Part shown: positions 1 to 12,655 of the stretch, piece after piece | Layout of the letters: each line of letters opens with the position of its first letter | Numbering within the stretch: position 1 is the first letter of the stretch | Source of the DNA: Octopus vulgaris | Lineage: Eukaryota | Direction of reading: 5' to 3' | Length of the DNA: 64,000 nt | Assembly (NCBI GenBank): GCA_951406725.2 | Contig: OX597819.1 | Location: 100,192,001 to 100,256,000, forward strand | The notes under the pieces: model-generated | The model's database searches: none | What the model was told of the DNA's origin: nothing | What the model saw: the letters and a program-made list of their open reading frames with translations, nothing else | Position numbers and translations under genes: made by a program

Positions 1-120
1 TGATGATAATGATGATGATGATTACGACGTCGACGACGACGACGACTACGATGATGATGATTATGACGATGACGAAGACAACGATGATGATTATGATCAT
101 GGTCATGATGACGATGAAAA
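1..120. repeat. (GAT/GAC)n trinucleotide microsatellite
   Basis: Directly visible tandem GAT/GAC repeats; explains ORF 3..224. Confidence 0.95.
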
Positions 121-1437
121 ACAAGTCAAGACGCGGGAGAGGGGGTAGGATAGGAGAAGAGCAGGAGGATGATGACGGTAAGGGAGGAAAAGGAGGGGAA
201 AATAAAGAACATAAAAGATCCTAGAAAGATTTCATAAACGAAGCACAAAGAAACATCACACCTAGGAACTGGCCATATTGTCCGTAAAATATCTAAACTA
301 AAGAAAGAACAACTTATAACCACTCCTTTTAGAAAGTACGCACAAACAGACACACGCACATACAAAAACATACATATACGAATTTTTGTGATTCATATAT
401 TATGTACTACAAAAATATAACGATCCGAAATTCTGGTGGGTAACAGTTCAAAACAATGACTACCCGATACCTTCGACCACCCTCTTTTCAGATTTTTTTT
501 CTGTTTAAACTATACGCTGAACAAATGTGTTATATCTTATATCCGAATTAATTGTTCAGTTACTGCCCACCCAATGGATTTTTACTGTGGTCTGGGATGA
601 TCGCACATGGAAGCTGAATATTTCGGTGAGCTACAGAACTGTTCAGTTTGGCTCACAGATGTTTTTAATGATATTTTTTTTTTAACTGAACAGTTTGAAA
701 CTTCGTATACTGGGGGAACGTCTCGCGCAGAACACGGTTTACTTTGAACATTTTTGAGAAAATTTGATATTTTAGAAGTTATTTCTTGTTTAAGTTGTCG
801 TATTTGGTTGGGTAACTTCAACAAATCAACGACGTGTATTCGGTTGAAGAAAGTTACTGCTGTTTGCGATAGTAATCGAAGAGGAACAACTTTCAAGTCA
901 TCTCTCCCAAATGTTACCTCTCTGTTCTAATCGTATGTCGAGCGAAGACGATGCCACTTTTATCCTTTCTAGTCAGCACCATGCATTCCTTACTCTTTCC
1001 ATCCCTTCTACACTTTCAAATAGCAACCAGCAAGCGAACTTGTCACTGCCACTATAATTACCGTATTTTCCGGTGTATAACCCACTATTTGATTTGCTTT
1101 ACCTTCATGTTTTGATGGGTTTTTTAAAAATATAATAAAGACTTTTAGATTTGTTTGTTGTTGATTATAGTAAGATAAAATCGTGATAGACAGACAGAAT
1201 GTAAAAGTAAAGCAATAAGGATATGCGCCTATATAACAATTGTATGTATTTTTCATCCATACTAGTAAGTACACCAGCCACCCACCTACCAACGATATCA
1301 GTGCTATTCTATACTAATATTACACTCAGTGTAGACCATATGAAAAATGTATATAAATATACACACACGCACACGCACATCTATATATGTATATATACAT
1401 ACATACTTAAATAAATACATACATACATACATATATG

Positions 1438-1523
<86 letters not shown>

Positions 1524-1929
1524 TTTTGAATATAACTTAGTGTTAAACACCGTTATCAACAAGCAGTTTACGTTAAGTTATTCGACAACGAGACCAGGAC
1601 TTGTACAAAGAACCCGATGTAATCTAAAGATATAAAATAACGATATATCCTAAAAATAACTGAAGATAAATGGAGATAGTTATAGTTCCCAAATTTATTT
1701 ATTTCCTTATCTAACTAAACATTTTTGGGTGCCTAAAAGTTATCAACACCAACTTCCACAATATCATCTGTCACTTTTCCTTTTCGAATACATTTATTTG
1801 AACTCGACCTTTATGCACATGCGCACTCCCCCCCCCAAAAAAAAAAAACATATATATATAAATATAATCGTAGATATATATAAATATAATCGTAGATATA
1901 TATTTAATTATATATATATACATATATCA

Positions 1930-2075
1930 AGATCGTGTTTTCGATTCCCATACCGTTTGTGCGTTGTGTTCTTGAGCAACACTCTTCATTTCATGTTGCT
2001 TCAGTCCACTAAACAGTCCACTAAACTGTAAATGAGTAATCTTCGACGGACTAGCGTTCCGTTCAGGGGAAATAT
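1930..2075 (+). mobile_element. Partial tRNA-derived SINE (family C)
   Basis: gttgtgttcttgagcaacactcttcatttcatgttgcttcagtccact...aaatgagtaat matches the copy at 13525-13730. Confidence 0.7.
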
Positions 2076-2331
2076 TCGCCTGCTCTCCTAGCTATCTATA
2101 TGGCTTCATTTGAAACATACAGGAAGCGCAATGGTTGTTACCAGCGTTGTATAACAACATCCAATAGACTGGTCGAAATAGTGTTATGTATATTTGTAGA
2201 CATTGATATAAAAATTAGAAATATCATTGGAATACAATAGCATTATTTTCCAGCTAAATAAAACACCGTAAAGCTTCAACCGAATATACTGGAATCGACG
2301 TAACGAATATTTTAAAATTTCGAGTTCAGTG

Positions 2332-2406
2332 AATCTAGCTGATGAGGACTAGACGAATTTACGATGACAGGCGTATTAGGAATGTCCGAAACTCGAGTAC
2401 TAGATT
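2332..2406 (+). ncRNA. Type I hammerhead ribozyme, intact core
   Basis: AATCTAG-CTGATGA-GGAC(34 nt)GTCC-GAAA-CTC/GAG-TA-CTAGATT: 7-bp stem I, 4-bp stem II, palindromic loopless stem III, GUA cleavage triplet ending at 2399. Confidence 0.9.
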
Positions 2407-2765
2407 ATCCACTCTAGGTTGCTAATCTATCCGGTGTTCTTGCTAGAGGTAAGACGAAAACATTTTATATTCGTCCCCCGCACACATCTTTGCCAGTATA
2501 TATTCTGTGAAGCTTCACATAACGTTGCACGGTTATCGAATGCTATTTCCAGTGAAAATTGGTGCCTTGTTGTACCATTATTTTATACTTGTAGTTCTAC
2601 CTTTACAGTGCTTTATTTAGCTGGAAAATAATACTATTATATTCCAATATTATTTATATTTTTATGTAAAACTTTTTCACTGATTTCGGTACTATTCACA
2701 GCTAGGCATTCAAGCGAATATACTGGCATTGAATTAAGGAATAATTTGAAATTTCGTTTTCGGTG

Positions 2766-2840
2766 AATGTAGCTGATGGCGACTAACCGAATTTACGATA
2801 ACAGGCGTATTAGGAAAGTCCGAAACCCGAGTACTAGATT
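2766..2840 (+). ncRNA. Degenerate second copy of the 2332 hammerhead
   Basis: aatgtag-CTGATGG-cgac...gtcc-GAAA-cccgag-TA-ctagatt; A9>G and stem mismatches. Confidence 0.7.
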
Positions 2841-2852
2841 ATCTACTCTAGG

Positions 2853-3335
2853 TTACTCTTTTACTCTTTTACTCTTTTACCTGTTTCAGTCATTTGACTG
2901 CGGCCATGCTGGAGCACCGCATTTAGTCGAGCAAATCGACCCCAGGACTTATTCTTTGCAAGCCGAGTACTTATTCTATCGGTCTCTTACGCCGAACCGC
3001 TAAATACGCCACCATCGGTTGTTAAGCGATGTTGGGGGGACAAACACAGACACACAAACATACACACACAAACATACAGACACACAAACATACACACACA
3101 CACACATACACACACACACATATATATATACATATACGACGGGCTTCTTTTAGTTTCCGTCTACCAAATCCACTCAAAATGCTTTGGTCAGCCTGAGGCT
3201 ATAGTAGAAGACACTTGCTCAAGGTGCCACGCAGTGGGACTGAACCCGGAACCATGTGGTTGGTAAGCAAGCTACTTCCCACACAGCCACGCCTGCGGCT
3301 ATAGCTACTTGACACAAAGCCACTCCTGCGCCTAT
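2853..3335 (-). mobile_element. tRNA-derived SINE (family A) with internal (CA)n
   Basis: Reverse complement of head ggctgtgtgg..agtagcttgcttaccaaccacatggttccgggttcagtcccactgcgtgg, and tail ggtgctccagcatggccgcagtcaaatgactgaaac; same as 39345-39752. Confidence 0.9.
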
Positions 3336-3503
3336 TGTTGTTCATCTCTTCAGTGTTCATAATAGAATTTTTTTATATCCGTTGCCTGCACTTTTTGCTA
3401 GTATACATTCAGTAAAGCTTTACATTGGGCGTATGGTTATCCACTGCTACTTCCATTAGTACCTTGTGGCACAACTGTTTTATATTTTTATATATTGGGA
3501 GAG

Positions 3504-3615
<112 letters not shown>

Positions 3616-4639
3616 TATGTATATATTTAACAAAGGTAAAGTTAAATTCTCCTGTCATAGTGATTCATAAAGGACAGTTTCCCGGTTTCAATGGCGTATA
3701 GGTTTCCCAGAAGGTGGGGACGCCGGTCCGTCACGGGATTATTCATTTTTGCCAGCTGAGTGGATTGGATGAATCCGGTACCCTAATCACTAAAGCTGTC
3801 AAACACACACACACACACGCATACATACACACGCGCACGCACACATGCACATACATATGTTTGTGTGTATATATGTATGTATATATGTATGTATATTCAT
3901 ATATATACATACACAAACATACATACTTATATACATATACATGCAAATGTATATGCATATGCATATGTGCAGATGCTTGTGTGTATGTGTGTGTGTGTGA
4001 AGGGGAGTACCCATATACGAAAGCTTTGTTAGCATCAGTCAATATACCCTTTTCATGTAGTTTACAGATTTTCATATTATATATAGAAATTTCGTCTTTT
4101 TTCTTCATATTTTTGAGAAAAGCTATAAAAATAAAACGACTGAGCTAGAAAATCAAATTTTCATAAAAATCACAAAAACTAACAATGAATTAATATATAA
4201 ACATAAAAATGGAACAAGTGTTAAGAACTTTATTTCGGGCTATAGAGTCACAAAATCAACAACATGCGGTATACTGAAAAACAAATATAAATTAAAACTA
4301 GTAGCTATGGGAATAAGCAAACTTAATAAATCACGTAAGAACTTCATTGAAGAGATGAAGAATTTACTTTTCGTGTGGATTAAAGAAAAATAAATTGCTG
4401 GATAGTATAAGTTGGTCGATAATTTGTACAAAAGCCAAACAGTTGTTTGATTATCTTACAGCGAAATCTTCCAGTGGAACTGATACTACACTGCTGAATT
4501 TTCTTGCTTCAAAGGGTTTCTTTATCTTTTGTTTATTTATTTATCATTTTTATTCGACCAATGAATGTACTGTACCTGTTACTTAATGCTGCGGCTGCTC
4601 GGAATACGAAGATATATTTTATATTCATTTATATGTATT

Positions 4640-4940
4640 GTTTGCTCCTTCTCAAGCCACGCCTGGCTCATTCGGGCCGGTTTCCCGGTCTCTGTGGCGT
4701 ATAGGTCCCCCACCTGGACGGGACACCGGTCCGTCGCAGGTGAGCTGCAAGATGCAGGAGGAAAGAGTGAGAGAAAGTTGTGGCGAAAGAGTCAGCAGAA
4801 GTTCGCCATTACCTTCTGTCGGAGCCGCATGGAGCTTTGGTGTTTCGCTCATAAACACACACACCACCCGGTCTGAGATTCCAACCCGCAATCCCTCGAC
4901 CGCGAATTCGCTGCTCTAACCACTAGGCTATGTGCCTCCA
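4640..4940 (-). mobile_element. tRNA-derived SINE (family C-like)
   Basis: Minus-strand head ggaggcacatagcctagtggttagagcagcg...gggttggaatctc with A/B-box-like motifs; related piece at 3670-3790. Confidence 0.75.
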
Positions 4941-5154
4941 CCGTTCATATGTATGATATGACTTGGTTTTCTTCATCTTAGGTTTCATTATGCGTGAATG
5001 TTTTGGTATGCGTGTGTCAGTAATTTTGTGGTTTTGTCTGAGTGTGCATATATACGCACACCTACAAAAGTAAATGTGGAATAGTTTATGGATATAACTA
5101 TAAAACATTTCCTATTTGTCTGAAAGCAGTAAAGATATATTCAACTAGAAGACT

Positions 5155-5335
5155 ATGTTAAACCTGGAGGTGTGGGTGTTGCTGGATTTAGAGCAATGTG
5201 TAAAATTAATAATAGTCTTATAAATGATTCCGCAACCAAGACCTCTGCACTATGGGGGAACTTGTCGATGCTGGGGGTGTAGAGTTGAATGGGAATTTGA
5301 GAGGTCATCGACATAGGGGTCACACAGACTTTTTA
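5155..5335 (-). pseudogene. Possible Penelope-like (Neptune-type) endonuclease C-terminal relic
   Basis: Minus-strand translation ends ...HIALNPATPTPPGLT*, resembling the PLE C-terminal T.xPxGLN motif; heavily decayed. Confidence 0.3.
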
Positions 5336-6129
5336 TTGCTGCCAAAGATAACAAGAAATTCAGCAATTCTGACGAGAAAAAACGAACAATAATAACAACA
5401 ACAGTAGCGATTAGAATTATGGCCATGAGTTTGGCTATATCAACAACAAAGCCATAACTTTTTAAGTTTAGACAAACATACCAATATATACCGAGATAAT
5501 ATTAAGAAGCAATAATTTTTTTTAACATTATCTAAGTGTTGGTTGCTATGTGAGTTAAATTACCAAGTCATTCTGAATATACTAGTTATTGCTATCGTAT
5601 AATTCATAACGAACTGCGCTACATAAAGAAAGAGAAACACAAAAACATATTTTAGACACAGAGAAGTGTTTAATATAGAGCGTGTACGTATACTTACACA
5701 CACACACACACACACACATACACCAGTGTACTGCTTCATATTCACTCACCCTCTACTCTGTTCTATCATTGATGCTGAATGTAATTTGCATAACTGAAAT
5801 AAATTAAGGTAAGCATTCCACAGAGTTATCCATATTTCTCTGCGAATACTGAAGTGGACTGATTGTATTGCGCAGTCTTGGCATTTGTGTTACGTAATAA
5901 TGACAGTCATTTTACTAAAACACGTGTATGCACTGTGAAGCTTAAACTACAGATTACGTTTTTTTCTGTTTTTATTACAACTATTTGTTAGCAACGAAAT
6001 AGTCTTAATATCAAACGGCAATCGTTATACCCAACGTAAAGTGGATGTCTTGATAGAACATCGAATACTAAGGTATTCACTTTGAAAGGTCCTCTCAGTT
6101 AGACGCATGATGGATTAAAGAACAGATAT

Positions 6130-7480
6130 ATAACGTAGAGAACGAGAATGTTATTGCATATCCAACGAAATTGCGAGATCATGTGACTTCAAAAGTGGCT
6201 ATCCCCTCGCGCACAATCCTTCTCCACCTGTTACGATCAATGGCTATGCCTTCCCATGTGTCAGGAGAGATGCAAGCATCTCTTAAGGAAGCCTTCAGCA
6301 AGTCCTTATACCTCTTTTTTGGTTTATGTGGAGATCACTTCCCTTTCCTGTGGCTTTGTTGACAAATAGCGTGACAAAGTACGTCTTTTATCATCTATAT
6401 GTTCATCATTTTCTTTAAACCAATCCTGATGCTTTCTTTGTATATATCCCAGAACGTTCTTGCCTATATCATAAACTGAATTTTTAAGGGTCGGCCAAAC
6501 CTACCCAATATCTGCAGCATTCATTTCCTCTCGTAAAGTTCTCTTCACACTATTATACGTAAGACAATCAACATTCAGTCTTTTAGGCAGGGTAATCCCT
6601 GCAGCTCGGATTTTATATTTTGTAACTAATTTCACTTTTACACATCTGTAGTGGTCAGTCCAACAGTCAGCTCCACGAAGAACACGAACACACTGCACAT
6701 CCTGTCTGTCACGCACCCTAACAAGGATGTAATCCAGAATATGCCATTCTTTAGATGCAGGGTGCATCTATGTAGTCTTAAACTTATTCTTTTGTTGAAA
6801 CATGGTATTGGTAACACACAGACGCAGCTCCTCACACATCTGCAGCAAAAGCATGCCATTACTATTACACTTCCCCACTTCATGCTTTCCAATTACAGTC
6901 CATGTGTTAAAATCCCTACCCCACTCTAGCATTAAAGTCACCCAGTACAATGACTTTGTCTGCCCGAGGGATCTTTCTGATAATGCGACTTCAAAGCATG
7001 GTAGAAAGAAAGTTTTTCGTCATCAGTATAGCACATAGTTGGAGCATACACACTCACCAAGGTCATATAATTTCCTTTAACCAAAGGAATTCTCATGGAC
7101 ATAAGACGCTCATTAATTCCGACTGGGAATTCTCCCAACTTGTCCACAATAGTAGTCTTAACAGCAAATGCCACTCCAGCTTACCCTCTAAACTCTTCAT
7201 TCCTCCCTTTCCAAAAGAATGTATACTTTCCACAAGATTCTGTAAGATGACCATCTCCATGTAATCTCGTCTCAGATAAAGCAACGATGTTACGATCATA
7301 GCGTTGAAGCTCCTTCGCAACAAGCGCAGTCCTTCTTTCAGGACATTCAGAGGACTTGCGGTCAAGCAGTGTCCGTATATTCCAACAGTAAATATTCAAT
7401 ATTTTCTTTGGTTCTATCACAGTAGCATGATGACGGCCGGGTTCAGACTGTGATACTCTGGAGCACCTGCCGGGCTAGAC
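6130..7480 (-). mobile_element. Degenerate, internally deleted RTE-clade LINE (APE domain joined to 3' end)
   Basis: WNIRTLLD..PERRTALVAKELQRYD..VALSETRL, VSVYAPT, MHPASKEWHILDYILV, GADCWTDH; 3' part KKRYKDLLKASL..WEGIAIDRNRW; many frameshifts and no RT core. Confidence 0.9.
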
Positions 7481-7771
7481 CCTTTCGACTGATTTGGTTC
7501 CAGAGTCCTTACTGCGATTTATTTTTATACTGTTTTGGTACATCATTGATTTTTTTGTTTTTTAAGGCTACAGCCAGCCATTCAGTTGAGACTCACAGCA
7601 CCATCAACAATCATGAATTAGTTAATCAAGTTAATCAATCAATCGATGTTGTTCTCGTACAATGCTTGTGCAAGAAGATTTTTTTAACATACATACATAC
7701 ATACATACATACATACAGATAGAGAGACAGAAAAACAGACACACATTTATATATGTAGTTATATACATACA

Positions 7772-10722
7772 TAAACAACATGGCGTTGGCTTTGCAGTGA
7801 GAAACTCACTACTCTCCTCAATAGAACCACCATCGGGAGGCACTGAGCGTATCCTCTCACTGCGCCTCTCGACTTCTTCTGGCTCAGTACATCTACTCAG
7901 CATCTATTCTCCCACTCTCAACAGCTCAGAGGAGACCAAGGACCAGTTCTACAAAGATCTCAACTGTGTCCTAGAAAATATACCAACGACTGAAAATATC
8001 TACCTTCTAGGGGATTTTAACGCTCGCGTGGGATCTGACCATGATTCGTGGCCCATTTGTGTTTGACACTTTGGTATTGGCAACATGAATGACAATGGTC
8101 AGAGACTACTCGAATTCTGCACATACCACAACCTGTGCATCACAAACACATTCTTCACCAGCAAGCCATCCCACAAGGCATCCTGGAGACATCCAAGATC
8201 TCACCACTGGCATCAGCTGGATCTCATCATTACACGGAGATCCTTTCTGAGTTCCACTCTATTGACCCGCAGTTACCACAGTGCGGATTGTGACACAGAC
8301 CACTCACTAATTAGAAGCAGGGTGAGGATTCTCCCTAAAAAAGTCCATCGCTCCAAGAAAGTGGGCCGACCACGCATCAACACCGCCAGAACCTCGGACC
8401 CTACACTGCGAAAATGTTTTGCTGCTTCTATCAAGGTTGCCCTCAGTAGCTGCCCAACCTCCTCTGCTGAAAGTAGGTGGGACTATATCAGGGAAGCCTT
8501 GTATACGACATCATTGGATACTTTCGGCATGAGAGAAAGGCAAAACCCAGATTGGTTCAATGCTGGGCTCTCAGAGCTGGAGCCAGTTATCGAAGCAAAG
8601 CGTGCAGCTCTGGTGCAATACAAGAGTGACTCTTCTACAAAGTCACTCGAAGAACTCAGAAAGGCACGAAATAAAACCCAACTGACAGCCAGATGCTGTG
8701 CAAATAGGTATTGGCAGGAAATCTGTCAGAGTATCCAGTCAGCTGCTGACAGGGGCGACACCCGTGGGATGTATGCTGGTTTGAAGAAGGCCCTCGGTCC
8801 ATCCGCAACCAAGTCAGCCCCTCTGATATCAACTACTGGAGATCTCATCAGGGATCAAGGCAAGCAAATGGATAGATGGGTGGAGCACTACCAGGATCTC
8901 TACTCACGGGAGACCACATTGTAGCTGAGGCTGCAGTCGAGAGTGTCAAGATCTTGCCAGTCATGTGCGAACTTGACAGTCCGCCATCTATAGCAGAGCT
9001 CACCAAGGCTGTTGACTCCCTAGCAAGAAATAAGGCTCTGGGAAAAGACGGCATCCCCTCAGAGATCATCAAAGCCGGCAAAACACCATCCTGCTTCGGC
9101 ACCTTCATGAGCTTCTGTGTCAGTGCTGGGAAGAGGGTACAGTCCCTCAGGATATGCGGGATGCCAACATCATTACGCTCTACAAAAACAAAGGTGACCG
9201 TGGTGATTGTAACAATTACCGTGGTATATCCCTTCTAAGCACTGTTGGAAAGACCTTTGCCCGCGTTATCCTGGCCAGGCTACAACTACTTGCTTCTCGA
9301 ATCTATCCGGAATCGCAGTGTGGCTTTAGAAGAAGCAGATCAACTATCGATATGATATTCTCCATACGCCAACTTCAGGAGAAGTCCAGAGAGCAGAAAA
9401 TGCCATTATATATGGCCTTCATTGATCTAACAAAGGCTTTTGACTCGGTAAGCAGAACAGGCCTCTTCCTCCTGCTCCAAAAAATCGGATGTCCACCAAA
9501 GCTGCTGAGGATCATCAAGTCTTTCCATGATGACATGCAAGGCACCATACAGCACAACGGTTCAACATCAGCCGCCTTCCAAATAAAAAACGGGGTAAAG
9601 CAAGGCTGTGTCCTCGCTCCTACATTGTTTGGCATCTTCTTCTCACTCTTGCTGTCACATGCCTTTCAGACATCAGATGATGGAGTGTTTCTGCACAGTA
9701 GAAGTGACGGGAAACTGTTCAATCTCTCGCGCCTGCGTGCCAAGACCAAAATCAGAAACGTCCTGATCAAGGAGATGTTATTTGCTGATGATGCCGCTCT
9801 GGTAACACACACAGAAGAAGCCCTCCAAAGGCTCATTAACTGTTTTGAGCAACCATGTAACGACTTTGGCTTAGCTATCAGCCTTAAGAAGACCAACATC
9901 ATGGGCCAGGCTACATCGGACATCCCAAACATACATATTGGAGACCACAGATTACAAGAGGTGGAGAAGTTTACCTATCTGGGCTCTACCGTCACCTACA
10001 ACCTATCCCTTGACGCTGAGCTCAATATACGCATTGGCAAGGCAGCTGCTGCGATGGCCCAACTCTCCAAACGGGCTTGGGACAACAATAAGCTGACCAA
10101 GACCACAAAAATGAAGATCTACCAGGCATGTGTACTCAGCACTCTACTGTATGGAAGCGAGACCTGGACGCTATACACACGCGAAGAGCGTCGCCTAAAC
10201 ATCTTTCACCTGCGCTGCCTCCGAAAAATCCTCCACATCAAATGGCAGAATCATATCCCCAACAAAGATGTCCTCAGGCAAGCAGGAATACCAAGCATGT
10301 TTGCACTCCTCACACAAAGACGTATGAGATGGCTTGGGCATGTTAGCCGTATGAAAGATGGCAGAATCCCCAAGGACATACTCTACGGAGCGCTTGCTAG
10401 GGGTACTAGGTCTGTGGGTAGACCGATCTTGCGTTACAAGGATGTTTGCAAAAGGGATATGAAGGCCTGCAACATCAACATTAGCGGTTGGGAGGCAGTC
10501 GCCGGCAACCGTGGAGAATGGCGACGTACAGTAAAAGAGGGTATACAGAGGAGTGACAGAAAGAGAGAGGAGAAATGGAAAGAAAGGAAGAGACATAAAC
10601 AAGAGACCATGGCACTACAATCAGCCAGGAACAGTCTTCGCTACGTTTGCAGTACCTGCCAGAGGGAGTGTTTGTCCAGGATAGGACTACACAGCCACAG
10701 CAAGAAATGTAACAGGAAATAA
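7772..10722 (+). mobile_element. RTE-clade LINE, 5'-truncated, APE + RT + C-terminal Cys/His motif; one stop (8064-8066) and two frameshifts (~8920, ~9085)
   Basis: GVGFAV, LLGDFNARVG, SWRHPRSHHWHQLDLII, DCDTDH (APE); NYRGISLL, QCGFR, FIDLTKAFD, GVKQGCVLAP, LFADD, FTYLGS (RT); CSTCQRECLSRIGLHSH. Confidence 0.97.
9154..10722 (+). CDS. RTE LINE reverse transcriptase ORF fragment (522 aa)
   Basis: Uninterrupted ORF covering the RT motifs and C-terminus; part of the disrupted ORF above. Confidence 0.85.
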   Translation: MRDANIITLYKNKGDRGDCNNYRGISLLSTVGKTFARVILARLQLLASRIYPESQCGFRRSRSTIDMIFSIRQLQEKSREQKMPLYMAFIDLTKAFDSVSRTGLFLLLQKIGCPPKLLRIIKSFHDDMQGTIQHNGSTSAAFQIKNGVKQGCVLAPTLFGIFFSLLLSHAFQTSDDGVFLHSRSDGKLFNLSRLRAKTKIRNVLIKEMLFADDAALVTHTEEALQRLINCFEQPCNDFGLAISLKKTNIMGQATSDIPNIHIGDHRLQEVEKFTYLGSTVTYNLSLDAELNIRIGKAAAAMAQLSKRAWDNNKLTKTTKMKIYQACVLSTLLYGSETWTLYTREERRLNIFHLRCLRKILHIKWQNHIPNKDVLRQAGIPSMFALLTQRRMRWLGHVSRMKDGRIPKDILYGALARGTRSVGRPILRYKDVCKRDMKACNINISGWEAVAGNRGEWRRTVKEGIQRSDRKREEKWKERKRHKQETMALQSARNSLRYVCSTCQRECLSRIGLHSHSKKCNRK

Positions 10723-10787
10723 AATATAACAGCCGGACTAGACCTAGAAAAAAAATGGCAACTATTGACCTAGAAAAAAAAAAAACA

Positions 10788-10822
<35 letters not shown>

Positions 10823-10826
<4 letters not shown>

Positions 10827-10951
10827 CCGGGTTGATTCTTAACCACATTGTCTCCCATAGCAGAGTAAAATTAATTTATTATAGAAGGATGCCAACTGTT
10901 TCATTCAAGAAATCTTCAAACAGGAGCTTCCTGAAGATTTCTCTTGAATGA
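10823..10951 (-). mobile_element. Decayed copy of the palindromic HHR mini-element (family of 35302 and 47998), in (TA)n
   Basis: cccgggttgattc..ttaaccaca..atagcagagtaaaattaatttattatagaagga and gagcttcCTGAAGAtttctcttgaatga match the 48 kb copy. Confidence 0.8.
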
Positions 10952-10968
10952 TATATATATATATATAA

Positions 10969-11026
<58 letters not shown>

Positions 11027-11244
11027 AAGAGGTGCTGAAACTTGCCTGGTTTTAAGGATATCGCGAAAAGCTTGGTTGGAGGCCCGAATTTTTACAGGCT
11101 TTTACAGGGCTTAGAGAAACTGAAGGATCGCTGCAATAAGTGTATGAACCTGAAAGGGAAACATGCTTAATAAAGTCATAATTAACTAATCCACCTCTAA
11201 TTATCTTTTACCCAAAAGCCAGAATTATACTAATATCCCCTCGT
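11027..11244 (+). mobile_element. Mariner deletion derivative (MITE-like)
   Basis: Imperfect TIRs gaggtgctgaaacttgcctggtttt / aaaagccagaattatactaatatcccctcgt; internal LEKLKDRCNKCMNLKGKH resembles the mariner transposase C-terminus. Confidence 0.7.
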
Positions 11245-12078
11245 GTGTGTCATACATATTTATATGCACATGCATATATACAAGCATGTATATAGAAATT
11301 AAATATATACATGTATATATATAGACTATATCGGCAATTTAATCTACTATCTTGTCAGCCATATATCTCTTGAACAATCGTTGGTATCGTGATAGTTTGA
11401 GATCTCCATTTTTAATTCATAGTTAATCAGTTATTCTCTTACACATAACATAAGGATAGCGTGTATCCAACGATATACATATACATGAGATAACCGTCAC
11501 ATAGACGTAGATCGTAAGACAATAGTAGCTTCGTTGCTTTTTTTAAAAATCTGCCGGAATAAAATGACGTATCCCTTAAATATTGACGTCATCATCATCT
11601 GCGTTGCAGAATAAGCGTTAAGTGGCTGATGCTTCAAGGTGGAAGGGAGATAACAAAGAAATTATTCTTTTCTCTGGTGTTCTGCGAGAACAATAGGCGT
11701 ACCAACTTCGGTTATGTATGCATGTATGTATGTATGTATGTATGTATGTATGTATGTACGTATGTATGTATGTGTGTATATTACTGTATGTTGTATAATA
11801 TTATAAGATATTATATAATAAAATGCATATATTCAGATTTTTCACTATATTCAACTATCATTCTTTAGGATATTCAAATATCAGCTTCTTATGAATGAAA
11901 TTTTGCAATTGTTTTCATCTTGATGAAAAGCAGCTTCTAAAACTTAGAACAGAATGTTGCGAAATTCCAGTTTCAAATAATTCGCATCACTATATAATCA
12001 ATATGAAATGCCTTCTTTTCTTTCTCTTTCCCTTTATATATCCATATGTATGTATATATGTATGCATGTATAAACACT

Positions 12079-12140
<62 letters not shown>

Positions 12141-12142
12141 TG

Positions 12143-12183
<41 letters not shown>

Positions 12184-12418
12184 TTATATATGAGGATAAT
12201 ATCGATATTTAAGTGTCGAAATTATCAAGTGGCCAGCATGAAAGAAATACCTTACAAAGGTAAAAAAAAATTTTAACAATTAAAAATGAGGGTGTCTAAA
12301 AGACACCAACATGCCGAAATAGCAGTCGAAACACTGACTATAGTACCACGTTAAATGTTCATATCGCACCATGAGGTAAAGCGGAGGGACAAAACATACA
12401 AGCAAAAATTATTGAATA

Positions 12419-12478
12419 ATTCAAGATCCAAGGATTTCTGGTTCTGCTTTAGATAAGCTTTACCGTCATCAATTGAAT
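12419..12478 (-). ncRNA. Type I hammerhead (U3 variant) in the inverted arm
   Basis: Reverse complement of the motif at 12596. Confidence 0.75.
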
Positions 12479-12595
12479 ATATCAAGGGTACATCAATACA
12501 GATATATATATGCACAGCAAACGATATACTTACATACACGAGCGTCGTACATACATACATATGCACGTATGGACACAGCCAGTTTGAATCGCCCG

Positions 12596-12655
12596 ATTCA
12601 ATTGATGACGGTAAAGCTTATCTAAAGCAGAACCAGAAATCCTTGGATCTTGAAT
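12596..12655 (+). ncRNA. Type I hammerhead (U3 variant)
   Basis: ATTCAA-TTGATGA-c GGT aaa GCTT atcta AAGC aga ACC a-GAAA-TCC tt GGA-TC-TTGAAT; AUC triplet ending at 12649. Confidence 0.78.

Larger units (their letters stand above)
2200..3490 (+). mobile_element. Non-autonomous HHR-bearing tandem element (retrozyme/PLE pLTR-like), 434-nt unit, inverted 5' arm, second unit interrupted by a SINE
   Basis: HHR cores at 2339 and 2773; 2205-2273 is the reverse complement of ~2601-2670; 3335-3490 is homologous to 2415-2590. Confidence 0.75.

Noticed and set aside
582-896. 104-aa minus-strand ORF with a vague SOCS-box or GIY-YIG resemblance
   Set aside because: No diagnostic motif is fully present, there is an in-frame stop shortly upstream, and splice signals are unclear.
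1059-1090. taccgtattttccggtgtataa resembling a pogo/Tc2-type TIR
   Set aside because: No partner TIR or transposase found nearby.
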